A stretch of 64,000 nucleotides of DNA from Escherichia coli (GCF_003334765.1 NZ_QOWT01000011.1), one strand, 5' to 3'. Counted from the first letter of the stretch, positions 25,993 to 39,045 are shown. Translations and numbers: made by a program. The notes: generated by a model from the sequence alone, not told the origin.

Positions 25993-27451
25993 ATTGTTAG
26001 TAAACGTAACGCCTTCGGAAACGCGAGTGGCGTATATTGATGGCGGTATTCTGCAGGAAATTCATATTGAACGTGAGGCGCGACGCGGAATAGTAGGCAA
26101 TATCTACAAGGGTCGTGTAAGTCGTGTACTTCCGGGTATGCAGGCGGCTTTTGTAGATATTGGGCTGGATAAAGCCGCGTTTCTTCATGCATCCGACATC
26201 ATGCCGCACACCGAATGTGTGGCGGGTGAAGAACAAAAGCAATTCACGGTGCGCGACATCTCGGAACTGGTTCGTCAGGGGCAAGATCTGATGGTGCAGG
26301 TGGTGAAAGATCCGCTTGGCACTAAAGGTGCGCGCCTGACCACCGATATCACGCTCCCTTCTCGCTATCTGGTGTTTATGCCAGGGGCTTCTCACGTTGG
26401 GGTTTCCCAACGTATTGAAAGCGAATCAGAACGTGAACGCCTGAAAAAAGTGGTCGCAGAGTATTGCGACGAGCAGGGCGGGTTTATCATCCGTACCGCA
26501 GCGGAAGGGGTTGGCGAGGCTGAACTGGCCTCCGATGCCGCTTATCTGAAACGCGTCTGGACCAAAGTTATGGAGCGTAAAAAACGCCCGCAGACCCGTT
26601 ATCAGCTGTACGGCGAACTGGCGCTGGCGCAGCGTGTTCTGCGTGATTTCGCCGATGCCGAACTGGACCGCATTCGCGTTGACTCACGCCTGACTTACGA
26701 AGCGTTACTTGAGTTCACCTCGGAGTACATTCCCGAGATGACAAGCAAGCTGGAGCATTACACAGGACGCCAGCCGATTTTCGATCTCTTTGATGTCGAA
26801 AACGAAATCCAGCGAGCGCTGGAACGCAAAGTAGAACTGAAATCCGGTGGTTATCTCATTATCGACCAGACCGAAGCGATGACCACCGTGGACATCAATA
26901 CCGGAGCGTTTGTCGGTCATCGCAATCTGGACGACACCATTTTCAATACCAATATTGAAGCGACGCAGGCTATCGCTCGCCAGTTACGGTTGCGTAATCT
27001 GGGCGGGATTATCATTATTGATTTCATCGATATGAATAATGAAGATCACCGCCGCCGAGTGCTGCACTCGCTGGAGCAGGCGTTGAGCAAAGACCGGGTG
27101 AAAACCAGCGTTAATGGTTTTTCGGCGCTGGGGCTGGTGGAGATGACGCGTAAACGCACCCGCGAAAGCATTGAGCACGTACTGTGTAACGAATGCCCAA
27201 CCTGCCACGGTCGCGGAACGGTGAAAACCGTGGAAACGGTATGCTATGAAATCATGCGCGAGATTGTTCGTGTCCACCATGCTTACGACTCCGACCGTTT
27301 CCTGGTCTATGCTTCTCCGGCAGTAGCTGAAGCCTTGAAAGGCGAAGAGTCACACTCGCTGGCGGAAGTGGAAATTTTCGTTGGCAAACAGGTTAAAGTA
27401 CAAATTGAACCGCTCTATAACCAGGAGCAGTTTGACGTCGTAATGATGTAA
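25982..27451 (+). CDS. rng: Ribonuclease G
   Basis: Start placed at [22 protein letters not shown] (489 aa); S1 domain plus RNase E/G catalytic core; overlaps yhdE by 11 nt. Confidence 0.95.
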
Positions 27452-27518
27452 ACAGATGCTGGGCCGCCATCCGGCAAAGGGTTTTTGAGTCACATTTTTA
27501 GCAGACAAGGAGTGACGG

Positions 27519-30500
27519 GTGAGGCGATTGCCGGGGATTTTACTGCTTACTGGAGCCGCGCTCGTTGTGATCGCTGCCCTGCTGGTTAGCGGCCTGCGTA
27601 TTGCTTTACCGCATCTTGACGCCTGGCGTCCGGAAATCCTCAACAAAATAGAATCCGCGACTGGCATGCCGGTAGAAGCCAGTCAGCTCTCAGCCAGCTG
27701 GCAGAATTTTGGCCCGACGCTTGAAGCACACGACATCCGTGCAGAACTAAAAGATGGCGGCGAATTTTCGGTTAAACGCGTTACTCTGGCGCTGGATGTC
27801 TGGCAGAGCCTGTTACATATGCGCTGGCAGTTTCGCGACCTCACTTTCTGGCAGCTGCGCTTTCGCACCAACACTCCTATCACCAGCGGTGGTAGTGATG
27901 ACAGTCTGGAAGCCAGTCACATCAGCGATCTGTTTCTTCGTCAATTTGACCATTTCGATCTTCGCGACAGTGAAGTCAGTTTCCTGACGCCATCCGGTCA
28001 GCGCGCCGAGCTGGCGATCCCACAACTCACCTGGCTGAACGATCCACGTCGACACCGTGCGGAAGGCCTGGTAAGCCTCTCCAGCCTTACCGGACAGCAC
28101 GGCGTGATGCAGGTGCGCATGGATTTGCGCGATGATGAGGGGTTGTTAAGCAATGGTCGCGTCTGGCTCCAGGCGGATGACATCGACCTGAAGCCGTGGC
28201 TCGGTAAATGGATGCAGGACAATATTGCGCTGGAAACGGCACAGTTCTCCCTTGAAGGCTGGATGACGATCGACAAAGGCGATGTAACCGGCGGTGACGT
28301 CTGGCTGAAACAGGGCGGTGCCAGCTGGTTGGGCGAGAAGCAAACGCATACGCTGTCGGTGGATAATCTGACCGCGCATATTACGCGTGAAAATCCGGGC
28401 TGGCAGTTCTCTATTCCCGATACACGGATCACGATGGACGGCAAACCCTGGCCGAGCGGAGCATTGACGCTGGCCTGGATACCGGAACAGGACGTTGGCG
28501 GCAAAGACAATAAACGCAGTGACGAACTCCGGATTCGCGCCAGTAATCTGGAGCTGGCAGGCCTGGAGGGCATACGCCCGCTGGCCGCGAAACTTTCACC
28601 TGCACTGGGTGATGTTTGGCGCTCCACACAACCGAGCGGCAAGATTAACACTCTGGCGCTGGATATCCCGCTTCAGGCGGCAGACAAGACCCGTTTTCAG
28701 GCATCGTGGAGCGATCTGGCCTGGAAGCAATGGAAATTATTACCGGGTGCGGAACACTTCTCCGGGACGCTTTCCGGCAGCGTTGAAAATGGTTTGCTTA
28801 CCGCGTCGATGAAGCAGGCAAAGATGCCTTACGAAACGGTATTCCGTGCGCCACTAGAAATCGCCGACGGCCAGGCAACTATAAGCTGGCTGAACAATAA
28901 CAAAGGTTTCCAGCTGGATGGGCGTAATATTGACGTTAAAGCCAAAGCCGTCCATGCGCGCGGCGGTTTTCGTTACCTGCAACCTGCTAACGATGAACCC
29001 TGGCTGGGTATTCTGGCTGGCATCAGTACCGATGATGGTTCACAAGCCTGGCGCTATTTCCCGGAAAACTTGATGGGTAAAGACCTGGTTGATTACTTAA
29101 GTGGCGCGATTCAGGGCGGTGAAGCGGATAACGCGACGCTGGTTTATGGTGGCAATCCGCAACTCTTCCCCTATAAACACAACGAAGGTCAGTTTGAAGT
29201 GCTGGTGCCGCTGCGCAACGCGAAGTTTGCCTTCCAGCCGGACTGGCCTGCATTAACTAACCTTGATATTGAACTGGACTTTATTAACGACGGTTTATGG
29301 ATGAAAACCGATGGCGTTAATCTGGGCGGCGTGCGCGCGAGTAATCTTACCGCAGTGATCCCTGACTACTCAAAAGAAAAACTGCTGATTGACGCTGACA
29401 TTAAAGGTCCGGGTAAAGCCGTTGGCCCTTACTTTGATGAGACACCGCTGAAAGATTCTCTGGGTGCGACCCTGCAAGAACTCCAGCTCGACGGCGATGT
29501 GAATGCTCGCTTACATCTTGATATCCCGCTGAACGGCGAACTGGTAACCGCGAAAGGTGAAGTGACGCTGCGTAATAACAGTCTGTTTATCAAACCACTC
29601 GACAGCACCCTGAAAAATTTGAGCGGTAAATTCAGCTTTATCAATAGCGATCTGCAAAGTGAACCACTGACAGCAAGCTGGTTTAATCAGCCGTTGAACG
29701 TGGATTTTTCCACCAAAGAAGGGGCAAAAGCCTACCAGGTAGCGGTAAACCTCAACGGTAACTGGCAACCGGCGAAAACCGGCGTTCTGCCTGAAGCGGT
29801 GAACGAAGCATTGAGTGGCAGCGTGGCGTGGGATGGTAAAGTGGGCATTGATCTGCCTTATCATGCTGGTGCGACCTATAACATAGAGCTGAACGGCGAT
29901 CTAAAGAATGTGAGCAGTCACTTACCTTCACCGTTAGCCAAACCTGCGGGTGAACCACTAGCGGTAAACGTTAAGGTTGATGGCAATCTCAACAGCTTTG
30001 AATTAACCGGACAGGCTGGTGCGGATAATCATTTCAATAGCCGCTGGTTGCTCGGTCAAAAGCTGACGCTCGATCGTGCTATTTGGGCGGCAGACAGTAA
30101 AACGCTCCCGCCGTTGCCGGAACAAAGTGGCGTTGAACTCAATATGCCGCCGATGAATGGTGCCGAGTGGCTGGCCCTGTTCCAGAAAGGCGCTGCGGAG
30201 AGTGTCGGTGGTGCAGCGAGTTTCCCACAACACATAACGTTACGTACGCCTATGTTGTCACTGGGAAATCAGCAATGGAATAACCTGAGTATTGTTTCGC
30301 AACCGACGGCAAATGGCACCCTGGTTGAAGCGCAAGGGCGTGAAATCAACGCCACGCTAGCGATGCGTAATAACGCGCCGTGGCTGGCGAATATCAAATA
30401 TCTTTATTACAACCCGAGCGTGGCGAAAACTCGTGGTGATTCAACGCCGTCATCACCTTTCCCGACAACGGAGCGCATTAACTTCCGTGGCTGGCCGGAC

Positions 30501-31319
30501 GCCCAAATACGATGCACAGAGTGCTGGTTCTGGGGGCAAAAATTCGGTCGCATTGACAGTGATATCACCATTTCTGGCGATACGTTAACGCTGACCAATG
30601 GACTGATTGATACTGGTTTCTCGCGGCTTACTGCCGATGGTGAATGGGTTAATAATCCGGGGAATGAACGTACCTCGCTGAAAGGAAAACTGCGCGGGCA
30701 GAAAATTGATGCCGCCGCAGAATTTTTTGGTGTCACGACGCCCATACGCCAGTCGTCATTTAATGTGGATTACGATTTACACTGGCGCAAAGCACCCTGG
30801 CAGCCAGATGAAGCGACGTTGAATGGCATCATTCATACTCAACTGGGTAAAGGCGAAATTACCGAAATCAATACCGGACATGCCGGGCAATTGCTGCGCT
30901 TATTGAGCGTAGATGCCCTGATGCGTAAGCTGCGTTTTGATTTCAGAGACACTTTTGGCGAAGGGTTCTATTTTGACTCCATTCGCAGCACCGCGTGGAT
31001 TAAAGACGGCGTTATGCACACCGACGACACGCTGGTGGATGGCCTGGAGGCGGATATCGCCATGAAAGGGTCGGTAAATCTGGTACGTCGCGACCTGAAT
31101 ATGGAAGCGGTTGTCGCACCAGAGATTTCTGCGACGGTGGGCGTGGCTGCGGCTTTTGCGGTTAACCCCATTGTTGGCGCGGCAGTGTTTGCCGCCAGTA
31201 AAGTGCTGGGGCCGCTGTGGAGCAAAGTCTCCATTTTGCGCTATCACATTTCGGGTCCGCTGGACGATCCGCAAATCAACGAAGTGTTGCGCCAACCGCG
31301 TAAAGAAAAAGCGCAATGA
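27519..31319 (+). CDS. yhdP: Large AsmA-like inner-membrane-anchored periplasmic protein
   Basis: 1266 aa ORF with GTG start, N-terminal TM anchor (LPGILLLTGAALVVIAALLV) and long beta-rich body. Confidence 0.92.
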   Translation: MRRLPGILLLTGAALVVIAALLVSGLRIALPHLDAWRPEILNKIESATGMPVEASQLSASWQNFGPTLEAHDIRAELKDGGEFSVKRVTLALDVWQSLLHMRWQFRDLTFWQLRFRTNTPITSGGSDDSLEASHISDLFLRQFDHFDLRDSEVSFLTPSGQRAELAIPQLTWLNDPRRHRAEGLVSLSSLTGQHGVMQVRMDLRDDEGLLSNGRVWLQADDIDLKPWLGKWMQDNIALETAQFSLEGWMTIDKGDVTGGDVWLKQGGASWLGEKQTHTLSVDNLTAHITRENPGWQFSIPDTRITMDGKPWPSGALTLAWIPEQDVGGKDNKRSDELRIRASNLELAGLEGIRPLAAKLSPALGDVWRSTQPSGKINTLALDIPLQAADKTRFQASWSDLAWKQWKLLPGAEHFSGTLSGSVENGLLTASMKQAKMPYETVFRAPLEIADGQATISWLNNNKGFQLDGRNIDVKAKAVHARGGFRYLQPANDEPWLGILAGISTDDGSQAWRYFPENLMGKDLVDYLSGAIQGGEADNATLVYGGNPQLFPYKHNEGQFEVLVPLRNAKFAFQPDWPALTNLDIELDFINDGLWMKTDGVNLGGVRASNLTAVIPDYSKEKLLIDADIKGPGKAVGPYFDETPLKDSLGATLQELQLDGDVNARLHLDIPLNGELVTAKGEVTLRNNSLFIKPLDSTLKNLSGKFSFINSDLQSEPLTASWFNQPLNVDFSTKEGAKAYQVAVNLNGNWQPAKTGVLPEAVNEALSGSVAWDGKVGIDLPYHAGATYNIELNGDLKNVSSHLPSPLAKPAGEPLAVNVKVDGNLNSFELTGQAGADNHFNSRWLLGQKLTLDRAIWAADSKTLPPLPEQSGVELNMPPMNGAEWLALFQKGAAESVGGAASFPQHITLRTPMLSLGNQQWNNLSIVSQPTANGTLVEAQGREINATLAMRNNAPWLANIKYLYYNPSVAKTRGDSTPSSPFPTTERINFRGWPDAQIRCTECWFWGQKFGRIDSDITISGDTLTLTNGLIDTGFSRLTADGEWVNNPGNERTSLKGKLRGQKIDAAAEFFGVTTPIRQSSFNVDYDLHWRKAPWQPDEATLNGIIHTQLGKGEITEINTGHAGQLLRLLSVDALMRKLRFDFRDTFGEGFYFDSIRSTAWIKDGVMHTDDTLVDGLEADIAMKGSVNLVRRDLNMEAVVAPEISATVGVAAAFAVNPIVGAAVFAASKVLGPLWSKVSILRYHISGPLDDPQINEVLRQPRKEKAQ

Positions 31320-31379
31320 TTTGACGAGGGCGCGTAATTGCCCCAATCTCATAGGATAATCGTTGCCAAAGGCCAACGA

Positions 31380-31617
31380 GCCAGAACATAACCGTAGGTC
31401 GGATAGGGCGTTCACGCCGCATCCGGCAGCCGTTGCCTGATGCGACGCTGTGCGTCTTATCAGGCCTACAAACGGAACATAACCGTAGGTCGGATAAGGC
31501 GTTTACGCCGCATCCGACAGCCGTTGCCTGATGCGACGCTGTGCGTCTTATCAGGCCTACAAACCGGAACATAACCGTAGGCTGGATAGGGCGTTCACGC
31601 CGCATCCGGCAGCCGTA
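31380..31617. repeat. Cluster of about 2.5 tandem REP/BIME units (period about 91 bp)
   Basis: Repeated ...aacataaccgtaggtcggatagggcgttcacgccgcatccggcagccgttgcctgatgcgacgctgtgcgtcttatcaggcctacaaa... between yhdP and tldD. Confidence 0.9.
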
Positions 31618-31642
31618 AAAAATCCTCTACTGCAGTAACTAA

Positions 31643-33103
<1,461 letters not shown>

Positions 33104-33144
33104 TAATTTCACTATTTTCAGAAGGATAATTAATCTTTCTACGT

Positions 33145-33182
33145 GCACGAACGGTCCCCTCGCCCCTTTGGGGTGAGGGTTA
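33145..33182. repeat. GC-rich inverted-repeat element between convergent tldD and aaeR
   Basis: tcccctcgcccctttggggtgagggttagggtgagggg; a related copy lies at 51010-51041. Confidence 0.6.
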
Positions 33183-33236
33183 GGGTGAGGGGAACCCGTT
33201 GGCACAGGTTTGTACAACGTAACAGTACAATATGAA

Positions 33237-34166
33237 TTACTTCTCTTTCCCGCGCCCGTGCATCTCCTGAAACAATTTACCGACCTCAACAAAATAATCC
33301 GTCAGCGAGTTGATCACGACCTGTACCTTCAGCGGCAGCTTATCTTTTTCGGTATATAACGCATAAACCGGGCGTGGATCTGACTGGTAACGCGGCAGCA
33401 GGATCTCCAGCTCCCCACGATTGATCTCGTTGATCACCCACATCAGCGGCACGTAGGCGATCCCGGCACCCGCCGTCAGCCAGCGCACCAGCGTCATCGG
33501 ATCATTAGTCACAAATCTTCCTTGTGGGATCAGGCGAGTCGAGATCCCTTCCGGTGCGATCAGTTCAAATTCATTGTCGGGCCGCACGCTGTATTCAAGC
33601 CATGAATGACTACTCAAATCGGCGGGTTTTTCCGGTATGCCGTATTGTGTGAGATAGCTTTTCGCGGCGCACACCACCATTGGCATCGCGCCCAGACGGC
33701 GGGAAAACAGGCTGGAATCCTGCAACGCGCCGACGCGGATCACCACATCCAGACCGTCGGCAATCAGGTCGGGGGCTGGAATTCCGGTAACCAGATTGAC
33801 GCTCAAACCTGGGTATTCTTTCAGCATTTTGGCTGTCAGCCCGGCGAGAACATTTTGTGCCATAGTTGAAGAACAGCCAATGCGTAGCGTCCCGATGGGG
33901 GTGTTATTGAAGGCATACAGTTGCTCATGAACATCCTGCACTTCATGAAGCATACGACGGCAGCCCTGGTAGTAAATTCTACCGGCTTCGGTCAGGCCAA
34001 TGCTGCGTGTGCTACGGTTTAACAGCTTTACCTGCAACTCATCTTCCAGTTTTGATACCGTCTGACTGATGGACGAAACGCTCATCTGTAGCTGTCTGGC
34101 GGCGGCGGTAAAAGAGCCAAATTCAACTACTTTGGCAAACACCGACATGCGTTTTAGTCGTTCCAT
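33237..34166 (-). CDS. aaeR: LysR-family transcriptional activator of aaeXAB
   Basis: 309 aa ORF with N-terminal LysR HTH (FAKVVEFGSFTAAARQLQMSVSSISQTVSKLE); divergent from aaeX. Confidence 0.92.
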   Translation of the reverse strand: MERLKRMSVFAKVVEFGSFTAAARQLQMSVSSISQTVSKLEDELQVKLLNRSTRSIGLTEAGRIYYQGCRRMLHEVQDVHEQLYAFNNTPIGTLRIGCSSTMAQNVLAGLTAKMLKEYPGLSVNLVTGIPAPDLIADGLDVVIRVGALQDSSLFSRRLGAMPMVVCAAKSYLTQYGIPEKPADLSSHSWLEYSVRPDNEFELIAPEGISTRLIPQGRFVTNDPMTLVRWLTAGAGIAYVPLMWVINEINRGELEILLPRYQSDPRPVYALYTEKDKLPLKVQVVINSLTDYFVEVGKLFQEMHGRGKEK

Positions 34167-34348
34167 TATTCACTCTGACTTAAAAGTGATTTAGATCACA
34201 TAATATAGATAACAGCATAACAGTTACGCTAATATATTAAATATCAATCTACAGCAATGTTGCTCTCGCCCGGCTTTCCATGCCCTTCTCTGCGGCGACA
34301 GATGCTGAAAATAATAACGCCTGCTCTCTCTTTACAACCAAGGTCAAC

Positions 34349-34552
34349 ATGAGTCTGTTTCCCGTTATCGTGGTGTTTGGGCTGTCCTTCCCACCGATAT
34401 TTTTTGAATTGCTTTTATCACTGGCGATTTTCTGGCTGGTGCGCCGGGTACTTGTGCCAACAGGTATCTACGACTTTGTCTGGCATCCGGCGTTGTTCAA
34501 CACCGCGCTCTATTGCTGCTTGTTTTATTTGATATCGCGACTGTTCGTTTGA
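34349..34552 (+). CDS. aaeX: Small membrane protein AaeX
   Basis: 67 aa [36 protein letters not shown]... Confidence 0.85.
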
Positions 34553-34559
34553 GGTTGAA

Positions 34560-35492
34560 GTGAAAACACTAATAAGAAAATTCTCCCGTACGGCCATCAC
34601 GGTCGTATTAGTCATTCTGGCCTTCATCGCAATTTTTAATGCCTGGGTCTATTACACCGAATCCCCCTGGACGCGTGACGCGCGCTTTAGCGCTGACGTC
34701 GTTGCGATCGCGCCGGACGTTTCTGGACTCATTACCCAGGTGAATGTTCATGATAACCAGCTGGTGAAAAAAGGACAGATACTGTTCACCATCGACCAGC
34801 CGCGCTATCAAAAGGCGCTTGAGGAAGCGCAAGCCGATGTTGCTTATTATCAGGTACTGGCACAGGAGAAACGCCAGGAGGCCGGACGTCGTAACCGTCT
34901 CGGTGTGCAGGCGATGTCTCGCGAAGAGATCGACCAGGCCAACAACGTACTACAAACGGTTCTGCATCAGTTAGCGAAAGCGCAGGCGACCCGCGATCTG
35001 GCAAAACTGGATCTTGAACGCACGGTGATCCGCGCGCCAGCAGATGGCTGGGTGACCAACCTCAACGTCTATACCGGTGAGTTTATTACTCGAGGATCAA
35101 CGGCGGTTGCGCTGGTGAAACAGAACTCCTTCTATGTACTGGCCTATATGGAAGAAACTAAGCTGGAAGGGGTGCGTCCGGGGTATCGTGCAGAGATCAC
35201 GCCGCTTGGCAGTAACAAAGTGCTGAAAGGGACTGTTGATAGTGTTGCCGCAGGGGTCACCAACGCCAGCAGCACGCGTGACGACAAAGGGATGGCGACT
35301 ATAGACTCTAACCTTGAATGGGTGCGTCTTGCGCAACGTGTTCCGGTTCGTATTCGTCTCGACAACCAGCAAGAGAACATCTGGCCTGCGGGCACCACTG
35401 CTACAGTGGTGGTCACTGGCAAACAAGATCGCGACGAAAGCCAGGATTCGTTCTTCCGTAAAATGGCCCATCGCCTGCGTGAGTTTGGTTAA
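34560..35492 (+). CDS. aaeA: p-Hydroxybenzoic acid efflux pump membrane-fusion subunit
   Basis: 310 aa ORF with GTG start; HlyD/MFP family with N-terminal TM segment. Confidence 0.92.
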
Positions 35493-35497
35493 TCACG

Positions 35498-37465
35498 ATG
35501 GGTATTTTCTCCATTGCTAACCAACATATTCGCTTTGCGGTAAAACTGGCGACCGCCATTGTACTGGCGCTGTTTGTTGGCTTTCACTTCCAGCTGGAAA
35601 CGCCACGCTGGGCGGTACTGACAGCGGCGATTGTTGCCGCCGGTCCGGCCTTTGCTGCGGGAGGTGAACCGTATTCTGGCGCTATTCGCTATCGTGGCTT
35701 TTTGCGCATCATCGGCACATTTATTGGCTGTATTGCCGGACTGGTGATCATCATTGCGATGATCCGCGCACCATTATTGATGATTCTGGTGTGCTGTATC
35801 TGGGCCGGTTTTTGTACCTGGATATCCTCGCTGGTACGAATAGAAAACTCGTATGCGTGGGGGCTGGCCGGTTATACCGCGCTGATCATTGTGATCACCA
35901 TTCAGCCGGAACCATTGCTTACGCCGCAGTTTGCCGTCGAACGTTGTAGCGAGATCGTTATCGGTATTGTGTGTGCGATTATGGCGGATTTGCTCTTTTC
36001 TCCGCGATCGATCAAACAAGAAGTGGATCGAGAGCTGGAAAGTTTGCTGGTCGCGCAATATCAATTAATGCAACTCTGTATCAAGCATGGCGATGGTGAA
36101 GTTGTCGATAAAGCCTGGGGCGACCTGGTGCGACGCACCACGGCGCTACAAGGCATGCGCAGCAACCTGAATATGGAATCTTCCCGCTGGGCGCGGGCCA
36201 ATCGACGTTTAAAAGCGATCAATACGCTATCGCTGACGCTGATTACCCAATCCTGCGAAACTTATCTTATTCAGAATACGCGCCCGGAATTGATCACTGA
36301 TACTTTCCGCGAATTTTTTGACACGCCGGTAGAAACCGCGCAGGACGTCCACAAGCAGCTCAAACGCCTGCGGAGAGTTATCGCCTGGACCGGGGAACGG
36401 GAAACGCCTGTCACCATTTATAGCTGGGTCGCGGCGGCAACGCGTTATCAGCTTCTCAAGCGCGGCGTTATCAGTAACACAAAAATCAACGCCACCGAAG
36501 AAGAGATCCTGCAAGGCGAACCGGAAGTAAAAGTAGAGTCAGCCGAACGTCATCATGCAATGGTTAACTTCTGGCGAACCACACTTTCCTGCATTCTGGG
36601 CACGCTTTTCTGGCTGTGGACGGGCTGGACTTCCGGCAGTGGTGCAATGGTGATGATTGCGGTAGTGACGTCACTGGCAATGCGTTTGCCGAATCCACGC
36701 ATGGTGGCGATCGACTTTATCTACGGGACGCTGGCCGCGCTGCCGTTAGGGCTGCTCTACTTTTTGGTGATTATCCCTAATACCCAACAGAGCATGTTGC
36801 TGCTGTGCATTAGCCTGGCAGTGCTGGGATTCTTCCTCGGTATAGAAGTACAGAAACGGCGACTGGGCTCGATGGGGGCACTGGCCAGCACCATAAATAT
36901 TATCGTGCTGGATAACCCGATGACTTTCCATTTCAGTCAGTTTCTCGACAGCGCATTAGGGCAAATCGTCGGCTGTGTGCTCGCGTTCACCGTTATTTTG
37001 CTGGTGCGGGATAAATCGCGCGACAGGACCGGACGTGTACTGCTTAATCAGTTTGTTTCTGCCGCTGTTTCCGCGATGACTACCAATGTGGCACGTCGTA
37101 AAGAGAACCACCTCCCGGCACTTTATCAGCAGCTGTTTTTGCTGATGAATAAGTTCCCAGGGGATTTGCCGAAATTTCGCCTGGCGCTGACGATGATTAT
37201 CGCGCACCAGCGCCTGCGTGATGCACCGATCCCGGTTAACGAGGATTTATCGGCGTTTCACCGACAAATGCGCCGCACAGCAGACCATGTGATATCTGCC
37301 CGTAGCGATGATAAACGTCGTCGGTACTTTGGCCAGTTGCTGGAAGAACTGGAAATCTACCAGGAAAAGCTACGCATCTGGCAAGCGCCACCGCAGGTGA
37401 CGGAACCGGTAAATCGGCTGGCGGGGATGCTCCATAAGTATCAACATGCGTTGACCGATAGTTAA
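35498..37465 (+). CDS. aaeB: p-Hydroxybenzoic acid efflux pump subunit
   Basis: 655 aa polytopic ORF immediately downstream of aaeA. Confidence 0.92.
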   Translation: MGIFSIANQHIRFAVKLATAIVLALFVGFHFQLETPRWAVLTAAIVAAGPAFAAGGEPYSGAIRYRGFLRIIGTFIGCIAGLVIIIAMIRAPLLMILVCCIWAGFCTWISSLVRIENSYAWGLAGYTALIIVITIQPEPLLTPQFAVERCSEIVIGIVCAIMADLLFSPRSIKQEVDRELESLLVAQYQLMQLCIKHGDGEVVDKAWGDLVRRTTALQGMRSNLNMESSRWARANRRLKAINTLSLTLITQSCETYLIQNTRPELITDTFREFFDTPVETAQDVHKQLKRLRRVIAWTGERETPVTIYSWVAAATRYQLLKRGVISNTKINATEEEILQGEPEVKVESAERHHAMVNFWRTTLSCILGTLFWLWTGWTSGSGAMVMIAVVTSLAMRLPNPRMVAIDFIYGTLAALPLGLLYFLVIIPNTQQSMLLLCISLAVLGFFLGIEVQKRRLGSMGALASTINIIVLDNPMTFHFSQFLDSALGQIVGCVLAFTVILLVRDKSRDRTGRVLLNQFVSAAVSAMTTNVARRKENHLPALYQQLFLLMNKFPGDLPKFRLALTMIIAHQRLRDAPIPVNEDLSAFHRQMRRTADHVISARSDDKRRRYFGQLLEELEIYQEKLRIWQAPPQVTEPVNRLAGMLHKYQHALTDS

Positions 37466-37467
37466 GT

Positions 37468-37497
37468 CAAAACCGACGCCAAAAGCGTCGGTTTTTT
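37468..37497 (+). terminator. Rho-independent terminator downstream of aaeB
   Basis: aaaaccgacgccaaaagcgtcggtttttt. Confidence 0.7.
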
Positions 37498-37556
37498 CAT
37501 GGCTATACTTAGCGATGCACGGCAGAACTCGCCGCGAAACGTGACGGTGGCAACAG

Positions 37557-37829
37557 ATGAATATTTATACCTTTGATTTTGATGAGATTGAGAGTCAGGA
37601 GGATTTTTATCGTGACTTTAGCCAAACCTTTGGTCTGGCGAAAGATAAGGTACGCGATCTCGACTCACTATGGGATGTGTTAATGAACGATGTCCTGCCG
37701 CTACCACTTGAGATTGAATTTGTTCATCTGGGAGAGAAAACGCGTCGCCGTTTTGGCGCGTTAATATTGCTGTTTGATGAGGCGGAGGAAGAGCTGGAAG
37801 GGCATTTGCGTTTTAATGTTCGTCATTAG
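37557..37829 (+). CDS. yhcO: Barstar-like ribonuclease inhibitor homolog
   Basis: 90 aa acidic [30 protein letters not shown]...; barstar fold family. Confidence 0.85.
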   Translation: MNIYTFDFDEIESQEDFYRDFSQTFGLAKDKVRDLDSLWDVLMNDVLPLPLEIEFVHLGEKTRRRFGALILLFDEAEEELEGHLRFNVRH

Positions 37830-37831
37830 CG

Positions 37832-37857
37832 CAAAAAAAAGCCCCCGAACCGGGGGC
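37832..37857 (-). terminator. Rho-independent terminator downstream of yhcN
   Basis: Minus-strand hairpin gcccccggttcgggggc followed by TTTTTTTT. Confidence 0.7.
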
Positions 37858-37884
37858 AATATCGTCGGACAAGACGATGAGGGT

Positions 37885-38148
37885 TTATTTGTACAGTTCA
37901 GCCGTAGCGTGCCAGGTGTCACCGCTACGAGCTTCAGTAATCTGGTAGGCCGTTGCGCCTTTCTCTTCCGCTTTTTTGTTCAGCATTTCACGCATATCCA
38001 TTGGCGAAGACGCCACACCACTTACGGATACGGTCCCGATTGCTTCACGATTTTGTGCTTGTGCAGCATCAATGGAGTCGGCAGCGAATGCACCGAAAGA
38101 GAGAACAGAAAGTACGCTTAATGCAGCAACAGTGGTTTTGATTTTCAT
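37885..38148 (-). CDS. yhcN: Periplasmic stress-induced protein (YhcN/YdgH/BhsA family)
   Basis: Start placed at MKIKTTVAALSVLSVLSFGAFA (87 aa); signal peptide plus DUF1471-like domain. Confidence 0.88.
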   Translation of the reverse strand: MKIKTTVAALSVLSVLSFGAFAADSIDAAQAQNREAIGTVSVSGVASSPMDMREMLNKKAEEKGATAYQITEARSGDTWHATAELYK

Positions 38149-38512
38149 GATTTTTACCTCGACATAATCTTTTAGCTGGGCCTTTGTTTCGTGACCCATA
38201 TCACAAAATCAAGTATACACTAATTATTGAGCTAATTAATACCGCGCTAACTGTTTCAGTTGATACTAAGTGTTAAAAATGTGAATTTTAATAACAAAAA
38301 AGAATTAAAAATACGGTTATTTATCGTTAATTCTAGTTTTTTCAATTAGATAATGAATTTTGCATAATGTGCTTTTTTTACCTTATGTATTCATTGTGTG
38401 AATGACATGTCGCAGTAAAACGCACTATTCGTTAAATTAATCGCAGGGGAAAGCAGGGGGTTGAGAGGGATAAGCAACATTTTCCCCGCCGTCAGAAACG
38501 ACGGGGCAGAGA

Positions 38513-38986
<474 letters not shown>

Positions 38987-39014
38987 TCACCCGATATGGT
39001 GGTTGATACAACAT

Positions 39015-39045
39015 TATTGTGCATACAGATGAATTTTTATGCAAA
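39015..39045 (-). promoter_or_regulatory. ARG-box-like palindromic operator in the argR promoter (autoregulation)
   Basis: tgcatacagatgaatttttatgca, a TGAAT-AT-rich-ATTCA-like dyad directly upstream of the argR start. Confidence 0.55.

Noticed and set aside
27998-28651. 217-aa ORF on the minus strand (Ser/Pro/Arg-rich)
   Set aside because: Antisense within yhdP; low-complexity composition typical of a non-coding frame opposite a real gene.
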